From Chiloscyllium plagiosum (lineage: Eukaryota), in contig NC_057711.1 of the NCBI RefSeq assembly GCF_004010195.1, forward strand, positions 77,305,208 through 77,325,207: a DNA stretch of 20,000 nt. Reading direction: 5' to 3'. The position numbers and the translations under genes were made by a program. Shown here one piece after another: positions 1 through 10,811 of the stretch (the first letter of the stretch is position 1; the number at the start of each line of letters is the position of its first letter). The notes beneath the pieces are model-generated. The model made no database searches and was not told the origin of the DNA. It saw nothing but the letters and a program-made list of their open reading frames with translations.

Positions 1-213
1 GTATGCATATAGAATCAGCTGCCAACAGAAGTGGTTGGGGCAGGTACATTAACAACATTTAAAAGGCATTTGAACAAATACATGGATAGTAAAGAATTAG
101 AAGGATACGAGCCAAGTGCAGGAAATGGGGTTAGCGTGGACAGATATTTGGTCGGCATGGATGAGTTTGGGTCAAAGGGCATATCTCCATGCTGTAGGAC
201 TCAATGACTCTGT
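1..213 (+). mobile_element. CR1 LINE 3' end (ORF2 C-terminus, 3' UTR and tail), cut by window edge
   Basis: Translates as NQLPTEVVGAGTLTTFKRHLNKYMDSKELEGY, matching the CR1 ORF2 terminus also seen at 8643-8910 (WNELPEEVVEAVAITTFKTNLDGYM); ends in GACTCAATGACTCTGT tail-like repeat. Confidence 0.85.
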
Positions 214-234
214 ATTCAGAATACATTAGTACAG

Positions 235-520
235 AATAATTAACATCCTGCCCTTTCTCTTTTACTAGTACTGTTACAAGGGTTTAAAATGAGATAGTTA
301 GGGGGATGTGAACTTGAGAGGGATTTCAGATTGAAGGAAATCAAAACTCTGATAGGAAGTAGAACAAAAGCGACTAGGATTAGAAAATAGATGAAGTGAA
401 GGATCAGAATGTGAAATTTTCTTTAAAAGATTGAGGAGTACTCTATTTGAGTGAACACAGCCTTTACCACAAGGTAAATGACTTGAAAGCCCCAAAAGAG
501 ATAAATGGGTAGGATTTGAT
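235..520 (+). mobile_element. Old CR1, segment 1: end of ORF1, spacer and start of the ORF2 APE endonuclease
   Basis: 438-520 reads VLYLSEHSLYHKVNDLKAPKEING*DLI, a decayed LYLNARSIRNKVDEL...GYDLI motif (compare MNARSIRHKVDELEALL at 19291). 240-292 resembles the ORF1 end (INIL...GLK*), less certainly. Confidence 0.7.
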
Positions 521-857
521 TTTTTTTTATTTTAACCATACAAAATACAACAGTTGACAATAAACAAAAAGCAACAGTTCACAAAAAAAACCACTATTTA
601 CAGGAGAGCAAGGCCAAACCCCAGACCCCACCATTCAATCAGTTAACAGTGAAATGAGGGTGAACCCCCCCACCCCACCAGTAACGCAGCAGCAAGCCAT
701 CTGTCCCTCCCACTTTCTGGTCACGAGGCAGCCCATCCCTATGCCACTTCTGGCTCTCAGTCCACCCTGACACACCTGCCGGTCACCTTAAGGGCAGCCC
801 ATCCCATTTTCTCCACTCTCCTTGGGATGACAGCATTCAGAATGGCCAACCAAGCTG
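521..857 (-). mobile_element. 5'-truncated poly(A)-tailed retroelement stub, L1/Tx1-like
   Basis: On the minus strand a T/G-rich 3' UTR ends in ...GGTTAAAATAAAAAAAAA. It interrupts the CR1 endonuclease and has a candidate 11-bp TSD GGATTTGATTT at 512-522 and 858-868. Clade is inferred from the poly(A) tail and TSD only. Confidence 0.55.
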
Positions 858-859
858 GG

Positions 860-1262
860 ATTTGATTTGATTCAAGAATAGTCACCATTTAGGAAGAAAG
901 GGCAAAAGGGAAAAGGAGATGGGGTAGCACTTTAAATCAGTTAGTGACAGAGGATATTCACTCGAAAGTTTGGGTGAAGATAAGAATCAAAAGGAGCAGC
1001 AAAAAATGATCACGACTTGAATATAGGCCACCAAACAGTAGTGATGATGTTAGGCACAGTATAAATCAAGAAATTATAGGTGCTCATAACAGAGATAATA
1101 TTGTAAGAGGAGGTAACTTCAGTTTACAGATAGACTTGGTAAACTAACATGCACGAATGCTGTGAAGGAAGGAATCCTGAAGTGTGTACAAGATAGGTTT
1201 TTTAATCAGTATATTAAATAATCAAATAGGGATCGGGGATTTAATATTTATTATTATATAAT
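860..1262 (+). mobile_element. Old CR1, segment 2: APE endonuclease pseudogene
   Basis: Decayed motifs FRKKGQKGKGDGVAL, YRPPNSSDDVRHSINQEI, GGNFS and CVQDRFFNQY, with stops and frameshifts. Confidence 0.85.
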
Positions 1263-2055
1263 TTTTAAAAATTCATTTGTGGGGTGTGGGCATCACTACC
1301 TGGCCAGCATTTATTGCCCGTCCCTTGTTGCTCTTCAGGAGGTGGTGGTGAGCTGCCTTCTTGAACTGCTGTGGGTCCACCTGCTGTGGGTATTCCTGCA
1401 ATGCCATTAGGGAGGAAATGCTATGATTGTGACCCAGCGACAGTGAAGGAACGGTAATATATTTCAAGTCAGGATGGTGAGTGACTTGGAGGGGAACTTA
1501 AAGGTGGTGGTGTTCCCATATATCTGCTGCCTTTGTCCTTCTAGATGGAAGTGGTTATGGGTTTGGAAGGTGCCGTCTGAGGATCTTTGGTGAATATCTT
1601 CAGTGCATCTTGTAGATAATACACACTGCTCCTACTGAGTGTCGGTAGTGGAGGGAGTTGATGCTTGTGGTTATAGTGCCGATCAAGAGTGCTGCTTTGT
1701 CCTGGATGGTGCCAAGCCTTTTGAGTGTTGTGGGGCTGCACTCATCCAGGCAAGTGGGGAGTATTCCATCACACTCCTGACTTGTGCCTTGTTGATAGTA
1801 GATAGCCTTTGAGTCAAGAGGTGAGTTACTAGCTCCACTATTCCTAGCTTCTGATCTGCTCTTGTAGCCACTGTATTTATATGGTGAGTCCAGTTGAGTT
1901 TCTGGTGAATGATAACCCCCAGGATGTTGATAGTGGAATATCCAGTGATGGTAAAACCTTTGAATGCCAATGAGTAGTGGTTAGATTTCTCTTATTTGTG
2001 ATGGTCATAGCCTGGTATTTGTGAGACGCGAATGTTACTTGCCACTTATCAGCCC

Positions 2056-2653
2056 TGTTATGAACTAGGCCAGACCCCTCAAAACTTCTTTAAGCAGGTA
2101 GCCCAGACCGTAGTTTTGCTATTTGTTTAGGCTAGGTGTGTAGTGAATTTTCCCAATGTAAATTAGCTGGGTCAACTGCCAAGTTTAAACAAACAAAATG
2201 TATTTACAAAATTACCAAATGAAACACAAAGAACAGAAAATAGATTACCCAATAACGTATCCTGTCCAAACCCAACTTAATGATGCTGTTCTGAAAACAC
2301 ATACATCCCTTAGCACAAACAATAAAAAATGGCACAGACAACTCAGTTTGAAATTGCCAGGACAGAAGGAAAGAAGAGTACCCAGCCTTTCTTTACACAC
2401 ACAACTGCAGAAATGAACTAAAAAAACCTCAGCTGTCAGGACTAGCCACTCTGTTTTCATTACACAAATTATTTCTAAAACACCAGAGCCATTGGCCTGA
2501 GGCATCATCTGTGTTTGGGTAAACAAAAAAGGCCCCAATAAACCATTCAGTTCTGCACCAACTCAGCCATTTCAGAGCCTGGACTGTTTTATGACCCCTC
2601 TGAAAAAAGTCAAGGACACAGTAACTTTGTAAAAAAGGACCAGATTTATGACA
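2056..2653. mobile_element. Solo LTR (598 bp), probably Gypsy-type, inserted in the LINE
   Basis: Starts TGTTATGAA and ends TTTATGACA (TG...CA, imperfect terminal inverted repeat). 4-bp TSD GCCC (2052-2055) / GTCC (2654-2657). The host LINE rejoins across it and there is no coding remnant inside. Confidence 0.8.
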
Positions 2654-4447
2654 GTCCAAGCCTGGATACTGTCCAGATCTTGTTGCATTTGAACATGGAC
2701 TGCTTCATTACCTAAGGAGTCGCGAATGGTGCTGAACATTGTGCAATCATCGACAAACATCCCCACTTCTGACCTGATGATGGAAGTAAGGTACTAGATG
2801 AAGCACCTGAAGATGGTTGGGCTAAGGACACTATCCTTAGGAACTCCTACAGAGATGGCCTGGAGCTGAGATGACTGAAATCCAACAACCACAACCATCT
2901 TCCTATGTATCAGGTATCACTTTAACCACCAGAGAGATTTCCCCCCGATATCCATTGACTCCAGTTTTGCCAGGGTTCCTTGATGCCATATTAGGTCAAA
3001 TGCAGCATTGATGTCAAGGGCTTTCACTCTCACTTCACTTCTGGAATTCAGTTCTTTTGTACATGTTTGGAATAAGGCTGTATTGAGGTCCAGACTTAGT
3101 GGCTCTGTCAAAACCCAATCACAGCATCACTAAGCAGGTTATTGCTGAGCAGGTGTTGCTTGATAATGTTAGTGATATCTTCCATCATTTTACTGATGAT
3201 CAAGATTAGAGTGATGGGGCAGTAATTGGCCGGGTTGGATTTGTCTGCTTTTTATGTACAGGAAACACTTGGGCAATTTTCCACATTGTCAGATAAATGC
3301 CTGTGTTATAACTGTACTGAAACAACTTGGCTAGAGGAGTGGCAAGCTCTGGAGTACAAGTCTTCAGTACTATTGTCAGAATGTTGTCAGGGCCCATTGC
3401 CTTTGCAGTATCCAATGTCTTTCTTGGTATCACGTGAAACAAATCAAATTGGCTGAAGACTGGTATCTGTAATGCTGGGGACCACTGGTGGAGGCCAAGA
3501 TGGATCATCCACTCAGCACGTCTGGCTAAAAATTGCTGTGAAAGCTCAAGCCTTATCTTTTGCACTAATATGCTGGGCTCTTTCATCAGTGAGGATGGGG
3601 ATATTTGTGGACCCTCCTGTCTCTGTGAGTTACTTAATCATCCACCACTTCACAACTGGATGTGGCAGATCTGCAGAGCTTTGATCTGATCTGTTAATTG
3701 TGCGATTGCTTAGCTCTGCCTATCACTTGCTGCTTATGCTGTTTGGCATGCAAGTAGTCCTGTTGAGTGACTTTACCAGGTTGACACCTCATCTTCAAGT
3801 ATGCCTGATGCTGCTCCTAGCACGCCCTCCTGCACTCTCCATTGAAGCAGGGTTGTTACCCTGGCTGAAGGTAATGGTTTTGTGGGGGAATATGTTGGGC
3901 TATGAGGTTGCAGATTGTGCTGGTGTACAGTTCTGCTGCTGTTGGTAGCCCAAAGTGCCTCATGGATGCCCAGTCTTGACTTGCTAGATCTGTTCAAAGT
4001 CTGTCCCATTTAACATGGTGATATTCCCACGCAACATGATGGACATTATTCTCAATGTGAAAGCGGGACTTGGTCTCCACAAGGACTGTGTGGTGCTCTT
4101 ACCGGTACAGATGCATCTGCAGCTAGCAGTTTGGTAAGGATGACGTCAAGTTTTCCCTCTTTTTGATTCCCTCACCACCCACCGCAGACCGAGTTTAGCA
4201 GTTATGAACACGACCAATTGGATCAGTAATACTGCTGCCAAGCCACTCTTGGCGGTAGACATGGAAATCCCCACCCAGATTACATTTGTGCCCTTGCCAT
4301 CCTCAGTGCTTCCTTTACGTGTTGTTCAATATGGAGAAGTACCACTTCATCAGCCGAGGGAGGAGAGTATGTGGTAATCAGCAGGAGATATCCTTGCCCT
4401 TTTTTAACCTGAACCCACGAGACCTCATGGGGTCTGTAGTCAAAGTT

Positions 4448-6030
4448 AGAACATAGAACATAGAAAAATACAGCACAAAACAGGCCCTTCGGCCTACAAT
4501 GTTGTGCTGAGGTTTAATCCTAAAGTAAAATATAATAACTTAACCTACGTGCCCTTAACTCACTGCTTTCCATGTGCCTGTTCAGCAGTCACTTAAATGT
4601 CCCTAATGACTGCTTCTACCACCACCGCTGGAAACGCATTCCATGCATTCACAACTCTCTGCATAAAGAACATACCTTTGACGTCTCCTCTATACCTTTC
4701 CCCTAATGTCTTAAAACTATGACCCCTCGTACCCGTCAATCCTGCCCTGGGAAAAGTCTCTGGCTATTGACTGTATCTATTCCTCTCATTATCTTGTATA
4801 CCTCAATCAGGTCTCCTCTCTTCCTCCTTCTCTCCAGAGAGAAAGGTCCGAGCTTTTTCAACCTTTCTTCATAAAGCAAGCCATCCAGAGCAGGCAACAT
4901 CCTGGTAAACCTTCTTTGCACCCTCTACAAAGCCTCTGTATCTTTCCTAGAGTAGGGCGACTAGAACTGGACACAATATTCCAAGTGTGGTCTCACCAGG
5001 GACTTGTAGAGCTGTAACAAAACCTCGCGGCTCTTAAACTCGATACCTCTGTTAATGAAAGCCAAAACACCATATGCTTTCTTAACAACCCTATCCACTT
5101 GGCAACTTTGAGGAATCTATGTACTTGCACACCCAGATCCCTCTGTTCCTCCACACTGCCAAGAATCCTGTCTTTAATCCTTTATTCAGCATTCGAGTTC
5201 GACCTCCCGAAATGCATCACTTCACATTTATCCAGGTTGAACTCTATCTGCCATTTCTCAGCCCAGCTCTGCATCCTGTCTATCTCGCGCTGCAGCCTGC
5301 AATAGCCTTTGATACTATCGACAACACCTCCAATCTTTGTGTCATCTGCAAATTTACTAACCCACCCCTCAACCTCCTCATCCAAGTCATTTATAAAAAC
5401 TACGAAGAGCAGAGGCCCAAGAACAGAGCCCAGCGGGACCCCACTCAACACTGACCTTCAGGCAAAATACTTTCCATCTACAATCACTCTCTGCCTTCTG
5501 TCAGCCAACCAATTCTGAATCCAGATCACCAAATCTTCTTGTATCCCATTCTTCCTGACTTTATGAATGAGCCTACCATTGGGAACCTTATCAAATGCCT
5601 TGCTGAAGTCCATATAGACCACATCCACTACTTGACCTTCATTGACCTGTCTTGTCACCTCCTCGAAGTACTCAATAAGATTTGTGAGGCATGACCTGCC
5701 CCTCTCAAAGCCATGCTGACTGCCTTTAATCATGCTATGCTTTGCCAAATAGTCATAGATCCTATTCCTCAGAATTCTTTCCAAAACTTTGCTGACCACA
5801 GACTTAAGACTGACTGGTCTGTAATTGCCAGGGATTTCCCTATTACCCTTCTTGAAAAGAGGAACAACATTTGCCTCCTTCCAATCCTCCAGTACGACTC
5901 CCATGGAGAGTGAGGAGGCAAAGATCTTTGCCAGCGGCTTAGCAACCTCCTTTCTCGCTTCCCAGAGCAGTCTAGGATAAATCTGGTCTGGTCCTGGGGA
6001 TTTATCAATCGTAATATTTTCAAAAATTTC
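4448..6030 (-). mobile_element. 5'-truncated CR1 (RT domain and 3' tail) nested in the single-ORF LINE
   Basis: ORFs 5458-6033 (DKSPGPD, NYRPVSL, SQHGF, DVVYMDFSKAFDKV), 5182-5451 (GVPLGSVLGP, FADD) and 4736-4921. (TTCTATG)n tail at 4448-4465. Candidate 7-bp TSD CAAAGTT (4441-4447) / CAATTTT (6031-6037). Confidence 0.93.
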
Positions 6031-6605
6031 CAATTTTGAGGACTCCTAGAGCAACTTCCTCCTGAATGTATACCATTGTGCCACCACCTCTGCTGGGTCT
6101 GTCCTGCTGATGAGACAAGACATATCCAGAGATGATGATTGTGGTGTCTGGGACATTGTCTGTAATGTATGATTCTGTGAGTTTGATTGTGTCAGGCTGT
6201 TGTGTGGCTAGTCTGTGAGACAGCTCTGCCAATGTTGGCACTAACCTCCAAATGTTAGTGAGGGGGATTTTGCAGGGTCAACAGGGGTGTTTCTGCCATT
6301 GTCTTTTCCAGTGCCTATGTCGATGCCAGGTGTCCTGTCTGGTTTCATTTCCTTGAGACTTTGTCAAGATTGGTACAACTGAACGGCTTGCTAGGTCATT
6401 TCAGAGGGCAATTGAGATGTAACCACATTGTTGTGGGTCTGGAGTCACATGTAGGCCAGACCAGGTGAGAATGGCAGATTTCCTTCCCTGAAAGTCATTA
6501 GTTAAATAAATGGGTTTTTCAGATAATCAATAATGATTTCATGGTGATCAGTAGATTCTTAATTCCAGTTCTTTTCTTTTATTGAATTGAAATTCCGCCA
6601 TCTAC

Positions 6606-6689
6606 GGAATCATACCCGGATCCCCAGAACATTAGCTGGGTTTCTGGATTAATAATACAGTGACAATACCACTCGGCCATCACCTACCC
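6606..6689 (-). promoter_or_regulatory. tRNA-derived internal Pol III promoter (A box and decayed B box) forming the 5' end of the LINE
   Basis: Minus strand A box TGGCCGAGTGG (6679-6669) and B box GGTATGATTCC (6616-6606; two changes from GGTTCGANNCC). A CCCAG/CTGGG hairpin between them resembles a long variable arm. Confidence 0.7.
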
Positions 6690-8165
6690 ATTAGAAAGTG
6701 CTACCCAATAAATGAGCTGGAAAAGAGCCTTTGGAAACTCGTATTTATAATTTTATTTAAGTTTGAATATGATATCGTTTATTCTGAAACTAAGGTCTAA
6801 AATCTGAGCAAAGGAAGCAATTAAGTTATGATGGGCAATTTCGATGTAGTTGGTCAGAAAATATATAGGCAACATTTCATATTTAAAGAAATAATGCATC
6901 ATCTGCAACAAATACCTGTCTGTCTAGGACACAAAATCCCAACAGTAAAAGTGAATCAATCCTGTTAAATAGAGAAGTTAAAGAATGAATTAGATTAAAG
7001 AAACTGACTTCTAACATTATAAAGTAAATGGTAAGTCTGAGGTTTGGTAGCAATTTAGAATTTAGGGCCAAAAACCTGATAACGAAATGAAAAAGAGAAC
7101 ATGAATGAAAGCTGGCAAGAAACATAAAGGCAAACTATAAAACCTTCCTTAGAAGTCTGATAAGGGAAATATTAATGAGGACAAATGTGGATCCATATGT
7201 GGAGATGGAAAAAATTATGGTGGAGAATAGGGATAAGGGAGAGAACATAAACAATTACTTTGCATTTGTCTTCATGGAGGAAGAGACAGAATATCTCACA
7301 GAAATGCTAACAAACTAAAGTCTGTGCAAATGAAGAATAAGAGACATTACTCCTAATAAAGATGTACTCATTGACTGGATTAAAGTTCGATAAATCCTTT
7401 GGACCAGATGAGCTATATACCAGCGTATTGAAGGAGATAGCTATAGGGATAGTCAGGTATATTTGAAAGGTGGCTGTCTTTCAAAATTCTATAGCTGCTG
7501 GTAAGGTCCCTGGAGACTGAAAAGTAACAAATGAAGGGAGGGAGAGAGGAAATGGAGACCTATAGATCTGTTAGTTTGACATTAGTACTCAAGTAAATAT
7601 TGGAAATTATTATAAAGGGTGTGATATCCAGAAACATAGATGACAATTGTATAAAGTCAACGTGGGTGGATTCTGGATGAATGGAAATCCTGTGGCATCG
7701 ATAAAGGAGAAACAGTGGATTAGGTGCATTTAGATTTTCAGAATGCTTTTGTGAGGTCATACACAGGAGATAAGTAAATAAACTTTCAGCAGATGGATTG
7801 GGATGATAAACTAATAATGGATTGAACAATGGTTAAGAGAAAGAAAAGAGAGAGTTGGAATAAATGGATTACTCTCCAGAGGCAATTGTTGCATGGGATA
7901 CCACAAGGATCTATACCAGGACCACAACAGTTCATAGTCAAAATAAATGATTTGGATATGGGAATCAAACATAATATTTCCAAATTCACTGATAATGAAA
8001 GATTATCTGTCAGTTTATTTGTGAGGAGGATACATGAAAACCTCAGGAGGACCTAAGCAGGGAATAGGCAAGAACAGAGCAGATGGTATATTAAATGAAT
8101 ATGTATGATTTTATCTACTTTGGCAGGGAAAAAAAAAGAGACCAACAGTGTATTTGTTAATGAAT
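6690..8165 (+). mobile_element. Old CR1, segment 3: end of EN, linker and RT pseudogene
   Basis: Decayed motifs in order: KLARNIK, NNYFAFVF, DKSFGPDELYTSVLKEIA, YRSVSLT, LDFQNAF, GIPQGSIPGPQQFIVKINDLD...ISKFTDN, YFGR. It resumes where segment 2 stops. Confidence 0.85.
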
Positions 8166-8173
8166 GTGAAGTT

Positions 8174-8453
8174 GGGCAACACAGTGGCTGAGTGGGTAGC
8201 TCTGCTGCCTCACAGTGCCAGGGACCCGGGTTTGACTGTCTGTGTGGAGTTTGCACATCCTCCCCATGTCTGTGTGGGTTTCCATCAGGTGCTCCGGTTT
8301 CCTCCCACAATCCAAAGATTAGGTGGATTGGCCATGTTAACTATGGGTTTATGGGAATAGGGCAGGAGACTGGGTCTGGGTGGGATGCTCTTTAGAGGGT
8401 CAGTGCAGACTCCATGGGCCAAGTGCCCTTGTGCTATTTAGATTCTATGATTC
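8174..8453 (+). mobile_element. tRNA-derived SINE of HE1/V-SINE type
   Basis: Head GGGCAACACAGTGGCTGAGTGG (A box) with B box partly deleted; V-domain-like core TGTGTGGAGTTTGCACATCCTCCCCATGTCTGTGTGGGTTTCC...GCTCCGGTTTCCTCCCACA; CR1-like tail ending GATTCTATGATTC. Confidence 0.9.
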
Positions 8454-8459
8454 AAGACA

Positions 8460-8640
8460 TTGGTTCTGAGACTCACAACTACTAACTCAGATTAAAGCAG
8501 AGAATACTGAATATAGACTGGTATGGAGCTGGAATTTGCATGTGGTGAACCATCTGGGCACAAACAGCTTGCACCCTTGGCAGGAATAAAGGGTGGGTAA
8601 TCTGCAAGCTTGCTGGATGGTGGTCGGTTTGAATTTAATT
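8460..8640 (+). mobile_element. Possible highly decayed CR1 ORF1 (esterase) C-terminal remnant
   Basis: Only faint motif echoes (DW, SLHP for DGLHL, GLNL-like end); not alignable with confidence by eye. Confidence 0.25.
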
Positions 8641-8642
8641 TA

Positions 8643-9470
8643 AAGTCATAGAGATGTACAGCACGGAAACAGACCCTTAGGTCCAATTTGTCCATGCCGA
8701 CCAGATGTCCTAAATTAATCTCGTCACATTTGGCAGCACTTGGCCCATATCCCTCTAAACCGTTCCTATTCATATACCCATCCAGATTTGTTTTAAATGT
8801 TGTAATTGCAACAGCCTCCACCACTTCCTCTGGCAGCTCATTCCATACACACACCACCCTCTGCATGAAAAAGTTGCCCCTTAGGTCCCCTTTAAATCTT
8901 TCCTCTCTCACTTTAAATCTATGCCATCTAGTTCTGGATTCCCCTACCCCAGGGAAAAGACCTTACCTATTTACCCTATCCATGTCCCTCATGATTTTAT
9001 AAATTTCTGGACAGTCTCCACTCAGACTCCAATGCTCCAGGGAAAATAGTCCCAGCCTATTCAACCTCTCCCTCTAGCTTAAACCCTCCAAACCTGGCAA
9101 CATCCTTGAAAATTATTTCTGAGCCCTTTCAAGTTTCCCAAAGTCCTTCTATAGGAAGGAGACCAGAATTGCACACAATATTCCAACAGCGGCCTAACCA
9201 ATATCCTGTACAGCCACAACATGACCTCCCAACTCCTATACTCAATGCTCTGACCAATAAAGGTAAGCAAACCAAATGCCTTCTTCACTATCCTATCTAC
9301 CTGAGGCTCTACTTTCAAAGAACTATGAACCTGCACTCCAAGGTCTCTTTGTTCAGCAACACACCCCAGGACCTTACCATTAAGTGTATAAGTCCTGCCC
9401 TGAATTGTCTTTCCAAAATGCAGTACCTCACATTTGTCAAAGTTAAACTCCATCTGCCCATTTTTCAGCC
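8643..9470 (-). mobile_element. 5'-truncated CR1 (ORF2 C-terminal third and tail)
   Basis: QMEFNFDKCEVLHFG, DLGVQVHSSLK, LYRILVRPLLEYCVQFWSP, FFMQRVVCVWNELPEEVV; tail ...CTGTACATCTCTATGACT at the left end. Confidence 0.93.
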
Positions 9471-9495
9471 GTCCCTTTACCTGCAAGTATCTGTA

Positions 9496-9516
9496 CCCCC
9501 CCCCCCCCCCCCCCCC
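9496..9516. repeat. Poly(C) homopolymer, 21 nt
   Basis: Directly visible. Confidence 0.95.
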
Positions 9517-10811
9517 ACTCCCCCTTGCGTGTCGAATCAAGTTAGTCACGTTGAGCTGAGGTTATCAGGTCAGGATTTGTGTTACATTTGGAGGTTAATT
9601 AGGCAAATGAAGTTTTCTTACAGCCAGCCAGTCATCATATCATAATGCCCATGGTAGCTTTTATTCTTGGAAGGTGGGAGACATTGTTTTAAACTCATAA
9701 ATCATCAATCTATGAAGATGGCCACTCTGTCCCTGTCTGGAGATTTAGTGAGGAGTCAGCTTTCAATAATATTCTAAGTAACATGTTAGGGAATGTACAA
9801 TAAGAGGAAAATATAAGAACAAGTTAAATTGTCAGGATGATCAGAAGTTCAACCTTAGATCAAGCCTAATCATCTTGAGTCCATGGAAAAGTCAGTAAGA
9901 ATTTAATGTGATGGTTACTATATTTTATGTTTGAATAATTAATTTGAATTTAAACAACACACTTGAGTCTGAACAGTGAGGAATCATTTAACTAATTGAA
10001 AGACAATTCCTTACAAAATGGACTAAGAATTTTCTGCAGAGGACAAAAATCAGGATCTAAATGGAGAAGCCAAAAAGAGTGCTGAATGGGCAAGTGAACT
10101 GAGATGCTATGTTTATTAGATAGCCTGTCAGAAATCCTGCCTCCACTATCAAGGAGCATGGAGGTATCCACCTCCAACTTGAAGAGAGTATAGCCCAGAG
10201 CTTTCCCTTTCCACAACCTCTGCTCTGCTTTCCTGTCATGCAACAGACCCAAAGGCACTGAATTATTACCCCCATAACTGCTATAACCAGCCTAAACATG
10301 TACATGCCACCTACTCCTATCCCCAATTTCCCTCCACCCCAAGCTGCTGTCATGAAATGACATGCTCTCTAACAAAGTCACAAACACAAAAAAAATACTC
10401 AACCTTTGCGGAAGTATAACCACACACTTCACAATAACAGAAGTTTCAAGAAGCTACATTATCTGGAATCAGAATGTCTGTCTTTTAAATTAACACTGCA
10501 GCAATGCCCATCTTGCAAGTTCATGCTTATTTTTCTTGAGTCAACAATGTGAAGCTGACTGGTGATATGTTGCTCAAATTTGAAGCATGGCATCACATCA
10601 ACTCATTAGGCTTTGTGTGTGACATCAGGATGATGCTGAATCAACACCTTCTCGGACATGCGAATATTACTCCTCAGCGAATGTTACTCTGGCAGCACAG
10701 GAAGCAAGCACCAGTGTTGGCGACATAAAAATAGGAACGCAAGACCTCTGTTGATTTGCTCCAAGAACAATATAAAAATAATTTCTCAGCCAACGTGCAT
10801 ATTTTTTATTT

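Larger units (their letters stand above)
1270..6689 (-). mobile_element. Apparently full-length single-ORF APE-RT LINE (CR1/Jockey group, Zenon-like C-terminus) with tRNA-like 5' head; ~3.2 kb after removing two nested insertions
   Basis: Collinear minus-strand pieces: EN (LTNIWRL...QQPDTIKLTESYI...QDRPSRGGG, 6040-6275), RT (KAMGPDNI...PLAKLFQYSYNTGIY..MWKIAQVFPVHKK; ALDINAAFDLIWHQG; MFVDDCT) and C-terminus (KAQVRSVMEYSPLAW; FKKAAHHHLLK). The 3' end GGGCAATAAATGCTGGCC...CCCACAAATGAAT lies at ~1270-1320. Confidence 0.9.

Noticed and set aside
5458..6033. 191-aa reverse transcriptase ORF as a functional gene or prokaryotic retron/DGR-type system
   Set aside because: It is a frameshifted piece of a 5'-truncated CR1 with a CR1 tail and TSD in eukaryotic repeat context.
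6606..6689. Possible genuine tRNA gene
   Set aside because: The B box is decayed, no full cloverleaf or acceptor stem is evident, and it is contiguous with the retroelement leader.
8053..8395. Three overlapping short ORFs
   Set aside because: Chance frames across the HE1-type SINE.
9079..9645. Gly-rich and Pro-rich ORFs (156 and 179 aa)
   Set aside because: Produced by the poly(C) run fused to CR1 sense or antisense sequence.
9992..10353. Two minus-strand ORFs (88 and 98 aa) in non-repeat DNA
   Set aside because: No recognisable domain or splice context; lengths within chance expectation.
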